The position numbers and the translations under genes are program-made. The notes beneath the pieces are model-generated. The model was not told the origin of the DNA. It did not search any database and saw nothing but the letters and a program-made list of their open reading frames with translations. A DNA stretch of 64,000 nt from Candidatus Bathyarchaeota archaeon (GTDB lineage Archaea; Thermoproteota; Bathyarchaeia; Bathyarchaeales; Bathycorpusculaceae): the NCBI GenBank assembly GCA_963767735.1, contig CAVYES010000005.1, positions 192,001-256,000 on the forward strand, in the 5' to 3' direction. This document shows positions 28,041 to 37,785 of this stretch, in pieces (positions within the stretch are counted from its first letter, which is position 1; every line of letters begins with the position of its first letter).

Positions 28041-29273
28041 ATGGCAGATGTAATAGATATAGCTATTGAAGCTGGGGGTTTCAAAACATTTGTCGCAGCA
28101 GTACAAGCGGCAGGATTAGATGAAACATTAAAAGGTAAAGGACCGTTCACGATTTTTGTGCCAGATGATGCTGCATTTGCAATGCTTCCCGCGGGCACTG
28201 TCGATGAACTATTGAAAAATGTTCCAAAACTTAAGGCGATTCTGATGTACCATGTTCTTCCGGGAAAGTTTACGGTTGACGAAATAGCTCAAATGAAGAC
28301 CGCTAAAACTATTCAAGGTCAAGAAGTCAAGATTGACGCCGCCCATTGGTGGTCTCTTCACTTTAACCCAATAATCAATGATGAAGCACACATGATAAGT
28401 ACAGACATTATAACCGATAACGGCATAATACACGTTTTAAACAGAGTGCTTATGCCAAATATGGAACTTACCTGTCCAGTGTGCGGAATGGGCTTTATGA
28501 ACATGGAAGAAATGAACACTCATACCAAAACGGCTCACGTAATTGAGAAAACACCAGAGTCACCGCCGTCCAGTGGAGAGATGCCTATGGCTGAGAAAGC
28601 AGCCGAACCTATTCAAACCGCTGAGGTAATGCCGGTAGTTGAGAAAGCACCAGAACCGATGCTACCTGCCCAAGTACAGGAACCAATGCTACCTACCCCA
28701 GAACCGGAGCCAATGCTACCCACCGAAGTTACGCCAGTAGTTGAGAAAGTGCCAGAACCAATGCCTCCCACTGAACCTATGCCAATAGTTGAGAAAATGC
28801 CCGAGCCAACGACGACCGCAGAGGTAGTGCCAGAGCCAGTTTCTGCAACGGCTAAAGCGGTGGCAGGAGTTTTTGAGATCATACGAGACGCTGATAGAAA
28901 GTTCCGTTTCCACCTCAAAGCGACTAACGGACTGATAATTGCTGTAAGCCAATCTTATGGAACAAGAGAGGCAGCTGTAAAAGGCATTGCCTCAATTATG
29001 AAGAATGCTCCAATGGCTAAGGTTGTTGATCGCACATCGGCAGGAGGAGCTATGCCAGAGATAAAGCATGCTGGAATTGTACAAGACCCAGTGTTTGAGA
29101 TCATGTGCGATGTTGGCGGAAAGGTCCGTTTCCATCTGAAAGCTGCTAACGGACTGATAATTGCGGCAAGCCAATCATATGGAACAAGGGAATCAGCTGA
29201 AAAAGGCATCGCATCAATAAAGAAGAACGCTCCAATGGCTAAGGTTGTTGATCACACAATGGCAGCGACTTAA
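28041..29273 (+). CDS. Fasciclin (FAS1) + C2H2 zinc finger + Pro/Glu repeat linker + tandem DUF1508 (YegP-like) fusion
   Basis: GPFTIFVPDDAAF, YHV, NGIIHVLNRVL; CPVC..H...H; EKxPEPM repeats; two FRFHLKA.NGLIIA.SQSY repeats. Confidence 0.82.
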   Translation: MADVIDIAIEAGGFKTFVAAVQAAGLDETLKGKGPFTIFVPDDAAFAMLPAGTVDELLKNVPKLKAILMYHVLPGKFTVDEIAQMKTAKTIQGQEVKIDAAHWWSLHFNPIINDEAHMISTDIITDNGIIHVLNRVLMPNMELTCPVCGMGFMNMEEMNTHTKTAHVIEKTPESPPSSGEMPMAEKAAEPIQTAEVMPVVEKAPEPMLPAQVQEPMLPTPEPEPMLPTEVTPVVEKVPEPMPPTEPMPIVEKMPEPTTTAEVVPEPVSATAKAVAGVFEIIRDADRKFRFHLKATNGLIIAVSQSYGTREAAVKGIASIMKNAPMAKVVDRTSAGGAMPEIKHAGIVQDPVFEIMCDVGGKVRFHLKAANGLIIAASQSYGTRESAEKGIASIKKNAPMAKVVDHTMAAT

Positions 29274-29848
29274 GCCCAACCCCTTTCTTCTTTTTTTTAA
29301 GTTTGATCAACAAAGTTAGAGGTCTAATTAAAGAGAAGAGGATTTTTATGTAAAATCGAGGGCGGAGCGTAAGATCATGAAAACCCGTGGCACAGTCACG
29401 GCATCTGTAAGTCTGAATTTGCGCGGTTCGAATATACCTAATTCAGTTTTTTGGAGTTTCTTTGACTGCCGCAATCAGGGCAGCTATTTGTTCAATTTTG
29501 TTCGATTCCTTTTTCATTTCACGAAGAAAGAGGGAATTTGCGAGTGATACCTCAAGAACTTCAGGGGTTCAAATCCCACCCCCTGCACTTTTTGCTTATT
29601 TTTCTGCTTGTTTCTTGCTATTTTCTTGCATTTTCGCAAATAAAGGATAAGACATATTCACTTTAGCGGGGTTCAAACTCCAAGTCCATAATGCGGTTCG
29701 GACTCTAAAGGGTTTAAATCCCATAGAGCCTTGCACCGCTTTAGGCTCGAATTCATGCCTCTTCTAAATATCTAGCTTAACAATATCGCTTTTGCAAATA
29801 ACTTATATGATACTTTTGGTTTTATTTTAAGTTCGGGAGAAACGAACC

Positions 29849-30127
29849 ATGAAACGCTTCATAGTCAACTCGAAGGTACCTCAAATCCAGCTTAACAGGC
29901 TCACCTGCATTATAGGTACAACCAACATCTTCGAGAGAACAGGTATTAAAGATGTCTATTTGAAAACATGTTATTGTTGTTCTCCTGAGTCGAACGCTGA
30001 CGTGGAAAAAGCTATTATCGAGTTTGAAGCTCCATCCAAAGAGGCTCTGGAAGCGGCACTTCAGAAGATTGACTTCCCCGCTGAATCGATCGTTGAAGTC
30101 ACCAAACTCGAGGCTGGCAAGAACTAA
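29849..30127 (+). CDS. Small ferredoxin-like-fold protein (DUF4242-like)
   Basis: IIEFEAPSKEAL..PAESIVEV pattern. Confidence 0.55.
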   Translation: MKRFIVNSKVPQIQLNRLTCIIGTTNIFERTGIKDVYLKTCYCCSPESNADVEKAIIEFEAPSKEALEAALQKIDFPAESIVEVTKLEAGKN

Positions 30128-30614
30128 AATCGCTTCTGCTTTTTCACAGCCCATAACTTTTAGCGTACAAACGCCTCTTCTCCTTAGTAGTTCCCGATGA
30201 CTTCGGGAGTTAGTAGTGTTGGACTTGATATTAATCCTACCTACCAAAAGCTCGCCAAACTTTCCACATCAGACTACATGAAATCAAGGTTTCACTTCGC
30301 AAGATAAAAGATCAAGTATATAGCAAACACTGCGTCGCCAAATAAGTTTTTATATTTTAAATTTCTGATCATCTACAAGTAAGGTTATGGAAGGGCTTTT
30401 ACTCCCTCGTTTAAGCGAAATACAGCAACTTTTTGAGCAACATAGCAATTAGACAAATCAATCAAAATAAAGAACATTACAATAGCTACCCGATTTAGAA
30501 AGCCGTATGCAATTGGAACCACAAAGCCATTAGATTTATAAAACTCCTTCTATAAGTATGGCTCTTAATAAAAAAAATTTACGCTTTGCGAGTTTCCAAC
30601 GTCTCCCCAATTGA

Positions 30615-32564
30615 GTGACAAAAATGCCCAGAGAAATAGTGCTTGGTAACGGTCGTTTAACAGTCGCTATTGACAAAAAAATGAATATTAGAGATTTCTC
30701 TTATCCGCAAGTAGGGTTAGAAAATCATGCCAAAGGGCACCCTTTTCGAATAGGCGTGTGGGTTGATGGAGCTTTCTCTTGGGTAGGAGATGAATGGGAA
30801 GTTTCATCAAACTATCTGTCAGATACTCAGGTGAGCAAATGCTCGGCAGTAAACCAAAAGCTAAAAATTGAACTGAAAATCAACGACGCTGTCTACAGTT
30901 TTCAGGACCTGTTTCTAAGAAAAGTTCGTGCCAATAATCTAACAGATGGTAACCGCGAGGTTAGAGTCTTTTTTTCACATGATTTTCACCTCTATGGCGA
31001 AGAATCCGGCGATACTGCTTTTTATGAACCATCGCACAAATCAATTATACATTACAAGCGTTGTCGATATTTCCTCGTCAACGGCATAACCAAGGCCAAC
31101 AATGGAATTTACGAGTTTTCTACTGGGCAGAAAGAAGCTTTCGGTAAAGAGGGCACTTGGAAGGACGCAGAAGATGGAAAATTAGAAATGAACCCTATCG
31201 CACAAGGGTCGGTTGATTCAGCAATATCTTTTAGACTTGAAATGAAACCAAAAGCCACAGAGACTCTTTACTATTGGATTGCTTGTGGAAAGAATATCAA
31301 GGAAGTAAAAGATCTAAATAGTTTCGTCAAAACTGAAAAAGTTGAACAACTATTGCTAAGAACTGAAGATTATTGGAGTGCGTGGACTAACAGGCGAAGC
31401 ATAGATATTTCAGTCTTACCAAGGGAGATATCGAGCTTAGTGAAAAGATCACTTCTAACTATGAGAAATCATGTCGGCGATAACGGAGCAATAATATCCT
31501 CTTGCGACTCCGATGTATTATACTTTAACAAAGATACTTACGCCTATGTTTGGCCAAGAGACGCGGCAATATGTGCTATGGCATTTGACATCTCAGGGTT
31601 TCAGGAAATCTCGCGATCGATCTTTAGCTTTTGTGATAGAATAATGTCTGATGATGGTTACTTCGCACACAAATACTGGTCTGATGGTTCTCCAGGAAGC
31701 AGCTGGCATGCCTTAATCGACGACGCGGGACAACAGCAATTACCCATCCAAATCGACGAGACCGCTCTTGTCTTGTATGCCCTTTGGAAACACTTCGAAA
31801 AATATCAGGATGTCGAATTTATCAGCAAAGTCTACCCAAAACTGGTTATAAAAACGGCAGATTTCTTAAAAAGTTATATTAGTCAAAAAACAGGACTCCC
31901 AAAACCCTCTTTTGACATCTGGGAAGAAAAGGGAGGAACTTTTACTGCTACTACTGCCTGCGTTTATGCGGCACTGTCTGCTGCAGCCAAGTTTGCAGAG
32001 GTTTTCTACGACAAAAAACGTCAAACGGAACTCAACAAAGTTGCCGGCCAAATAAAAGAGTCAATTCTAAATAATTTCTACGATAACAAACTGAAAAGAT
32101 TCATAAAAGGGTTCTACTCAAACGGTCAGCGCGACACCACTGTGGACAGCAGTTTGAGTTTCATTTTTTTGTCGGAAACTTTGGAGCCTGAAGATAAACG
32201 AGTCTTAGAAACCATGAGAACTTTAGAAGAGAAACTTTGGATCAACGAGGTTGTCGGTGGGATGGCTAGGTACGAAAATGATGAATATTTCCGTGTTTCA
32301 AAAAATATTCAAGGCAATCCTTGGATCATCTGTACACTTTGGCTTGCAAGATGGTACATTGCCAAGGCAACCTCAAAAAATGATTTAAGTAAAGCTTTAG
32401 ATTTACTTGGTTGGGCGGTAAAACATGCTTCGCCATCAGGTATATTGGCGGAGCAAATAGATCCTTTTAACGGGAATTTAATTTCAGTATCGCCGCTTAG
32501 TTGGAGTCACGCGGAATTCGTCATAACCGCAAGTGAATATGTTGAAAAGTTCAAGAAAATGTGA
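30615..32564 (+). CDS. GH15 glucoamylase/glucodextranase-like glycoside hydrolase
   Basis: YAYVWPRD, QIDET, DIWEE, RYEND.Y, NPWIICTLW, AEQ, PLSWSHA. Confidence 0.9.
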   Translation: MTKMPREIVLGNGRLTVAIDKKMNIRDFSYPQVGLENHAKGHPFRIGVWVDGAFSWVGDEWEVSSNYLSDTQVSKCSAVNQKLKIELKINDAVYSFQDLFLRKVRANNLTDGNREVRVFFSHDFHLYGEESGDTAFYEPSHKSIIHYKRCRYFLVNGITKANNGIYEFSTGQKEAFGKEGTWKDAEDGKLEMNPIAQGSVDSAISFRLEMKPKATETLYYWIACGKNIKEVKDLNSFVKTEKVEQLLLRTEDYWSAWTNRRSIDISVLPREISSLVKRSLLTMRNHVGDNGAIISSCDSDVLYFNKDTYAYVWPRDAAICAMAFDISGFQEISRSIFSFCDRIMSDDGYFAHKYWSDGSPGSSWHALIDDAGQQQLPIQIDETALVLYALWKHFEKYQDVEFISKVYPKLVIKTADFLKSYISQKTGLPKPSFDIWEEKGGTFTATTACVYAALSAAAKFAEVFYDKKRQTELNKVAGQIKESILNNFYDNKLKRFIKGFYSNGQRDTTVDSSLSFIFLSETLEPEDKRVLETMRTLEEKLWINEVVGGMARYENDEYFRVSKNIQGNPWIICTLWLARWYIAKATSKNDLSKALDLLGWAVKHASPSGILAEQIDPFNGNLISVSPLSWSHAEFVITASEYVEKFKKM

Positions 32565-32594
32565 TTTAGATGCGTCAGCAAGGAGGGTAAAGAT

Positions 32595-32906
32595 GTGGGT
32601 CTGCTAAAAGTATGTGATCTTGAAGTTGCGCCTTTACCAGGAAGCCTAAAAGAGTTCAAAGTGGGAGCCATAGAAATTTTAGTTACCAATATAGACGGCA
32701 AATTTTTCTGCACAAGTGCGAGATGCCCACATGCAGGAGGAGCACCATTGTCCGAGGGTACTTTAGAGGGAATTGTGTTAACTTGCCCTTGGCATGAGGC
32801 GCAATTCAGAGTGACTGACGGGCAGCTGTTAAGGGGGCCAGCCAAAGATAATTTGCGCGTGTTTGAAAATAAAGTAAAAGACAATCAAATTTTTATTGAA
32901 GCATGA
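32595..32906 (+). CDS. Rieske 2Fe-2S ferredoxin
   Basis: CPH...CPWH, GPA. Confidence 0.88.
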   Translation: MGLLKVCDLEVAPLPGSLKEFKVGAIEILVTNIDGKFFCTSARCPHAGGAPLSEGTLEGIVLTCPWHEAQFRVTDGQLLRGPAKDNLRVFENKVKDNQIFIEA

Positions 32907-33007
32907 AATTACTCTTCCAAAACCGGCGCATTAGACTAAGTCGCAAGCGAAACGAGAAAAAGGTTTCTTAAAAAATAGCGCGTGCGCCAATTTTAAGTAA
33001 AAGGGAT

Positions 33008-33481
33008 TTATGGAAAGCCACTTATTAAGTCGTACAAGTAGGCATCCCATTCGGAGGATTCCTTCTTCAGAATCTCCAGCAAATCTGATAGGACTCTATG
33101 ATGTTTTTTCTCATCTTCCAAAATGTTTAGAACAAGTTGCTTAATCTTTTTGTCTTTTACAACTTCACTGATGTCCTTTGCCTGCTTCAACATGGTAGCT
33201 TCTTCTGCGATGTGACTTTTTATCTCTTTTTCTCCAATATCTTTGCTTTCCTTGCCCATGACCGCACTCGAATTCAAGTCGATAAGCATTTGATAAGTGT
33301 CTGAGTGCTTCATGGTGTCTAAGATTATGCTGTGAAGAAACAGTTTAATGATGGGGTTTTGCGCTGATTCATACAACGGGGTGAGTTTTTTAGCTGTCTG
33401 ATCTTCAAAATCTTTCTGTTTCTTAATTTTGCTAAGTGCATCTTCATCTAATATTTCCCAAGACAAATGAATATACCTCAC
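33008..33481 (-). CDS. Ferritin-like (rubrerythrin-type) protein
   Basis: DTMKH and DEKKHH helix-pair motifs. Confidence 0.75.
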   Translation of the reverse strand: MRYIHLSWEILDEDALSKIKKQKDFEDQTAKKLTPLYESAQNPIIKLFLHSIILDTMKHSDTYQMLIDLNSSAVMGKESKDIGEKEIKSHIAEEATMLKQAKDISEVVKDKKIKQLVLNILEDEKKHHRVLSDLLEILKKESSEWDAYLYDLISGFP

Positions 33482-33885
33482 TATTTTGTCATAACTATTA
33501 CCTTATTAACTTTTAATCAAACTCTCAAAACCTAACAGCGGCAGCTTTGGAGTTAAGTCGCAAGCTATATCTACAGAATGTCAAATAAAAAATTGTCTAA
33601 CAAGAACCTCAATTATTAATTATGTCAAAATTGAGACGTCACATCTCTTTGCAGCAGCTAAGATTTTCTTCAAACTTAGAAAATACACCAGTTAGTTTCT
33701 GTTGTATCCTTCAGATAATTGTGTAAGTCGACACATTAAACCCGTTAAATGTGTTATTTGCAAGGAAACAATACACGCAAATCGAGTGTTTCTGCCCTTC
33801 AGATTTTAAGCGCGCTCGACCAGTAAAGCAACCGACATACTATTATTTGGTGAGAAAGTATACAATAATTAGATAGGGAGAGGCG

Positions 33886-34275
33886 TTGGTCTTGGAAGTA
33901 GAAAACGTGTTCAAAATAGCGATGACCTGTTCTAGAGTTCGCAAGTTCCTGACAAGCAAGAGTTGGGAATTCCAAGGAAAGGATGAAGAAATGGAGATGG
34001 ACCTGTTCAGAAACAAAAAGACCGGGAAGAAGATGTTCGTCGAGGACATTTCGGAGGACTTTCCAGTGACTTTTCTTATGGGCGAGCTTAGCGTGGCGGA
34101 GTTCAGTATCATTGCTAGTGAATTGGCGCCGGAAATCCAGTTACTGGAAGTTGACAGTAGTTGGGAAGGTAAACCGACGACCATCGTGGTTGCGATGACA
34201 GAAGAGCAAGTTAGGAACATGTTCGGCAGAAGAACGAAGATGAGAAAGCTTGCGGTTCGCCGCGCGAGCGCTTAA
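33886..34275 (+). CDS. Hypothetical protein
   Basis: 129-aa ORF with GGGAGAGG RBS and T-rich 3' end. Confidence 0.6.
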   Translation: MVLEVENVFKIAMTCSRVRKFLTSKSWEFQGKDEEMEMDLFRNKKTGKKMFVEDISEDFPVTFLMGELSVAEFSIIASELAPEIQLLEVDSSWEGKPTTIVVAMTEEQVRNMFGRRTKMRKLAVRRASA

Positions 34276-34439
34276 ACAGCTTTTTCCATTTTAAAGGTTC
34301 CTCTTTCTCGAAGATTTTCATCCTTCAAACTCGGTGAATATTCCACTCTTGCCTTAACTAGAACGCAGATTTCTTTTCCCGTTTTGGTAACTAAATAGCC
34401 ACAGATTTGGGAATTAATGCTTTATTTGGGTTTTCGATT

Positions 34440-34856
34440 CTAAGATAATAACATGGCTACGTTCTGAACTTCGACCTGTTTTTCAGCTTTGGTCTTTAAT
34501 GCCTTGTCTTCCGTTACTAAAACAAGCCCTTTTTCTTTTGCAGCGAAAAGATAGCTTGAATCATAAAATGAGAGTTTTTCGCTCTCTGAGATATCTAATA
34601 TTTTCTGAAAGTTACTTGCTTCGCTGAGTATCTTATCGGTTCTTGCAAGAACCGTTTGAACTCTATTTCGTAGAACTTCTGACTCGTTTTTTGTTAGAAA
34701 CTTCGTTAGGCAGGTTTCTTTCCAGATTGCATTTCCCGCCTCATAAAAAGTTAGGTCAAGGAGGAAAGATGTTCGCAGAAGGTCTAACTCAGTTTGAATA
34801 TTTGCTGTTTTCATTAAAAGCATTAACGAACTTATATCTATAATAAGGCGTTTCAT
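34440..34856 (-). CDS. vapC: VapC PIN-domain toxin
   Basis: IIDIS, YEAGNAIWK, SFYDSSY, LVTEDK. Confidence 0.88.
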   Translation of the reverse strand: MKRLIIDISSLMLLMKTANIQTELDLLRTSFLLDLTFYEAGNAIWKETCLTKFLTKNESEVLRNRVQTVLARTDKILSEASNFQKILDISESEKLSFYDSSYLFAAKEKGLVLVTEDKALKTKAEKQVEVQNVAMLLS

Positions 34857-35077
34857 CTTTGGTCTCTTGATTCCCTTATGGCTTTCACGATTTCCTCATC
34901 AGGAATCTTTTGCAGAATAGTCTTTATGTCGCTGAGAGCTTGAGATAATTCTTCTTCTTCACGTTTCCTGATTTCATCTTCTAGAGCCGCTCTCACAGTT
35001 TTGCTGATGTCTACCTTATATTTTCGTGCCTTCTCTTTCAAGGATTTTTTGACCCTGACCGTAACTATTTCTGTCAT
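34853..35077 (-). CDS. vapB: VapB/CcdA-type antitoxin
   Basis: IVTVRV..LKEKA..ISKTVR.ALE; ATGA overlap with vapC. Confidence 0.85.
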   Translation of the reverse strand: MTEIVTVRVKKSLKEKARKYKVDISKTVRAALEDEIRKREEEELSQALSDIKTILQKIPDEEIVKAIRESRDQR

Positions 35078-35610
35078 ACAAATAACGTATTACATTATTG
35101 TATATAAGATTAGCGAAAGAAATACCGCGAATAATGAAACATGGACGTAACGGTGATTGACTTTAGGAACTTTACGGAATAGGCCCACCAAACGTCGAAG
35201 CATAATCAGCAAAGCATTTGGCGTAGAGAATAAAGACTCTTCTTTGAGACATAAGCCTCTTCGACGGGGAAATCACCGTAACTGAAAAACAAACCGCGAA
35301 GGGTCCAGAAAAAATTCTGCGAGTCAGAAAACTCGTCGGCCAAAAATACCTTGAGAGCTGCGCCATCAACAAAAGTAGGGTCCTATTTCTTGAGAACACT
35401 TGCCCTACGATCGACCAACCAAATTCGTAAATTGTTATTTTAGGGCATCGTAAATTTAGTATTGCTATACGGATAAAGAGAAGCTGGAAGACCCCCCTCC
35501 GGGGTCTGTCTCTGTCTGTCTATGAGACACACCTCTCAAAGCTTCCTGTTCAACTCGGCGGGTTTACTTTCGAAAAGGTTTTGTTAAACTATTATGTTTG
35601 ATGCGATTGT

Positions 35611-35659
35611 TCCTACGCGTTAAATTTAGACGTGAGTTTAAATCTAACCCTCTGCACCA
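35611..35659 (+). other. Degenerate tRNA-Leu-like 3' half (old att remnant)
   Basis: CCTACGCGT..CGTGAGTTTAAATCTAACCCTCTGCACCA vs tRNA-Leu CCTATCGCGT..CGTGGGTTCAAATCCCACCCCCTGCA. Confidence 0.5.
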
Positions 35660-35788
35660 TTTTCCGAATTCAGACAAACCAGCTAGCTGGAGCAGTCATT
35701 CTATGTTTAACTACTCTTCAAGTTGTTAGTCCTAACTCGCATTTGCGCAGGTTTTAATAGGTAGAATAATGCCATATCATACAATAGA

Positions 35789-36109
35789 GTGAAAGATTTG
35801 CCGACCATTGTAAAAGTTGACGTGGCGGATTTGGACGAAGAGAAAGAGAACCTTGCGAATTTCCTGCATAGCCAATTCGGTTTAAATTCGTCAATAACTC
35901 ATGAGGGCTTGGAACTAAATATGGAAGATGCGTCGACTTACGCTTTGGCAAGAATGGTAACTAAGTTTGTTTATCGCAAAAATCTAAACGGCACGCATTG
36001 GGTTGATGTGAAAAATAACGTGGTCAAAATTAACAGGTTCACACACCAAAAGACAGCTAAGAAAAACAAGCACCCGACTACCGCCTCGACGATCAAACAC
36101 GGGTGGTAA
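35789..36109 (+). CDS. Small basic protein, possibly a divergent eL22-like protein
   Basis: VDV.DL..LANFL..L.RMV.KF.YRKNL pattern resembles the L22e fold. Confidence 0.45.
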   Translation: MKDLPTIVKVDVADLDEEKENLANFLHSQFGLNSSITHEGLELNMEDASTYALARMVTKFVYRKNLNGTHWVDVKNNVVKINRFTHQKTAKKNKHPTTASTIKHGW

Positions 36110-36199
36110 AAAAAGCAGCTAACAACAAGCCTCAAGTTTTCCCATGGAAAAGCCCTCGTTTCAACAACCATTATAATTGGTTTCGAAAACTTGCGGAAA

Positions 36200-36751
36200 T
36201 TAGGGTTCTTCAAGGTTCACGTCTATGTTTTTTATTAGCTTGTCCAAAACTTCAGTGCTCATCCACTCCGTCTTAAGGTACTGGCGAATTCTTGCAGCAC
36301 TTAGCCCAATGCGCTTGGCTTCCTGCACCGCGTAACGGTATGCTTCGACTTCTGTTGGTCTATCCACGTAATCGTAACGTGGGTCAAAGAGGTCTCGGCC
36401 TTCCATGTGCTGCTTTACGTGGCAGAGTTCATGAACGACGTCAAGATAAATATCTTCTCTGCTTCCGCTGTTCAAGTAACGCTTATTCACCAGCAAATGC
36501 CCATCCTTGTCGCTGACACCCATATAACCAAACCAGATGAAATCCACTTTCAGGTTCCTCAAAACTTCTTCAGTATCTTCCCCGAAGATTCCGCGAACAG
36601 CAGCATTTTTCTCAAAACCCTTAAAATAATCCAAAAATGTACCTCTTTCCGCAGCCAAACGCATAAGACTAATAAACGGCAACCTAGGCAGTAGGCGGAA
36701 AAATCGCCCCGCAACTTTCTCTATCCCGCTCTGAGCAGACACAGCAAACAA
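36200..36751 (-). CDS. HExxH zincin-like hypothetical protein
   Basis: VVHELCHVKQH..PTEVEAY. Confidence 0.7.
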   Translation of the reverse strand: MFAVSAQSGIEKVAGRFFRLLPRLPFISLMRLAAERGTFLDYFKGFEKNAAVRGIFGEDTEEVLRNLKVDFIWFGYMGVSDKDGHLLVNKRYLNSGSREDIYLDVVHELCHVKQHMEGRDLFDPRYDYVDRPTEVEAYRYAVQEAKRIGLSAARIRQYLKTEWMSTEVLDKLIKNIDVNLEEP

Positions 36752-36907
36752 CCTACCTTATTCTGAAAGAGACTCACTCTTCATAAGCATTCAGCCCTTT
36801 GCATCAGCCGCTGCGTCTAAGTACAAGTGAGTTAAGTTAAAATGCTTTCGTCAACCGAAAAAATAATGCATCAAAATTATCGGCGCGCGAAATTCTGAAC
36901 TTGCTTT

Positions 36908-37642
36908 TTAGTTTGCACGCTTTAATTTGCTTGCGGCTATTTGGTAACAGACGATGCCTGCGTAGAAGCCGTATGAAAGAATAAGTATGGGGCGGTGAAC
37001 GGCGTATTTGAGGTCGCTGACCATCAGCTCTACGTGCTTTCTGGTTGTCCAAACTTCCTCCGGTCGATAATGGATGCAATAGGGTTCATAGACGCCTAAG
37101 ACTTTGTAGCCTTTTTTGCCAATCCAATCTTTGATGTATCCGTCCTCGTAAGTATGCAGCTGATACGGTATTTTGATGTCATCAACCGTTTTTCGTCGAA
37201 TTAACGTGTCGTGGGTGCCGCCTCTTTTTTCGAATATTTTTATGGTAACCCGCTCAAACAGCCTCAGTAATTTGCTGTCCCTTAGCACCGACCAAATTTC
37301 GATTCCCCAGACAGCGCCCACGTCGTCTTTCACTAGTTTTTCCGCCTCGGCAAACCAGTTCTTTGACAAGATAACGTCGCTGTCCACAAACATGAACCAG
37401 TCACTTTTGACTAGTCGAATCGCTGTCTGCCTAGCGCTGGCTCTTGTTCCTTTTTCTTGAATGAAGCTAACGTTCCCGTATTTTTCTTGGAACTCCTTCA
37501 CAATTTCTGCTGTAGTATCGGTGGAGAAGCCGTCAACAATAATGAGGTTTTTAACGGGTATGTTCCGGTAAACAGAATTAATACAATCCCTCAACATTCG
37601 TTCGCTGTTCATTGTGAGAATTGCAACGTCAATCGACTCCAT
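36908..37642 (-). CDS. GT2 glycosyltransferase
   Basis: IIVDGFSTDTT, FVDSD, ED motifs. Confidence 0.85.
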   Translation of the reverse strand: MESIDVAILTMNSERMLRDCINSVYRNIPVKNLIIVDGFSTDTTAEIVKEFQEKYGNVSFIQEKGTRASARQTAIRLVKSDWFMFVDSDVILSKNWFAEAEKLVKDDVGAVWGIEIWSVLRDSKLLRLFERVTIKIFEKRGGTHDTLIRRKTVDDIKIPYQLHTYEDGYIKDWIGKKGYKVLGVYEPYCIHYRPEEVWTTRKHVELMVSDLKYAVHRPILILSYGFYAGIVCYQIAASKLKRAN

Positions 37643-37785
37643 AGCAAATCAACCTATTTTGCTTTAATTCTGTAGCTTTGGTTAAATAGAAAAGTTTTGG
37701 TTGCTCCCTGTTGCAATCTTATGTTAGCAGAACTGGTAATTGTTGCTTCTTTCAAAAAGTTTTCTTCTCCTTTGCAAAAGCATTT

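Larger units (their letters stand above)
24251..29706. mobile_element. ~5.3-kb integrase-less island at tRNA-Leu, bounded by a ~140-bp direct repeat
   Basis: GGGTTCAAATCCCACCCCCTGCA at 24251-24273 and 29565-29587; similarity continues ~120 bp downstream in both copies. Confidence 0.7.

Noticed and set aside
27700-29418. 12-bp match AGTCACGGCATC on both sides of the fasciclin gene
   Set aside because: Short; may be chance or decayed gene remnants, with no other support.
35251-35356. Fragment ISLFDGEITVTEK..LRVRKL resembling a RAD55/KaiC-like C-terminus
   Set aside because: Too short, with no start or P-loop; at most a remnant.
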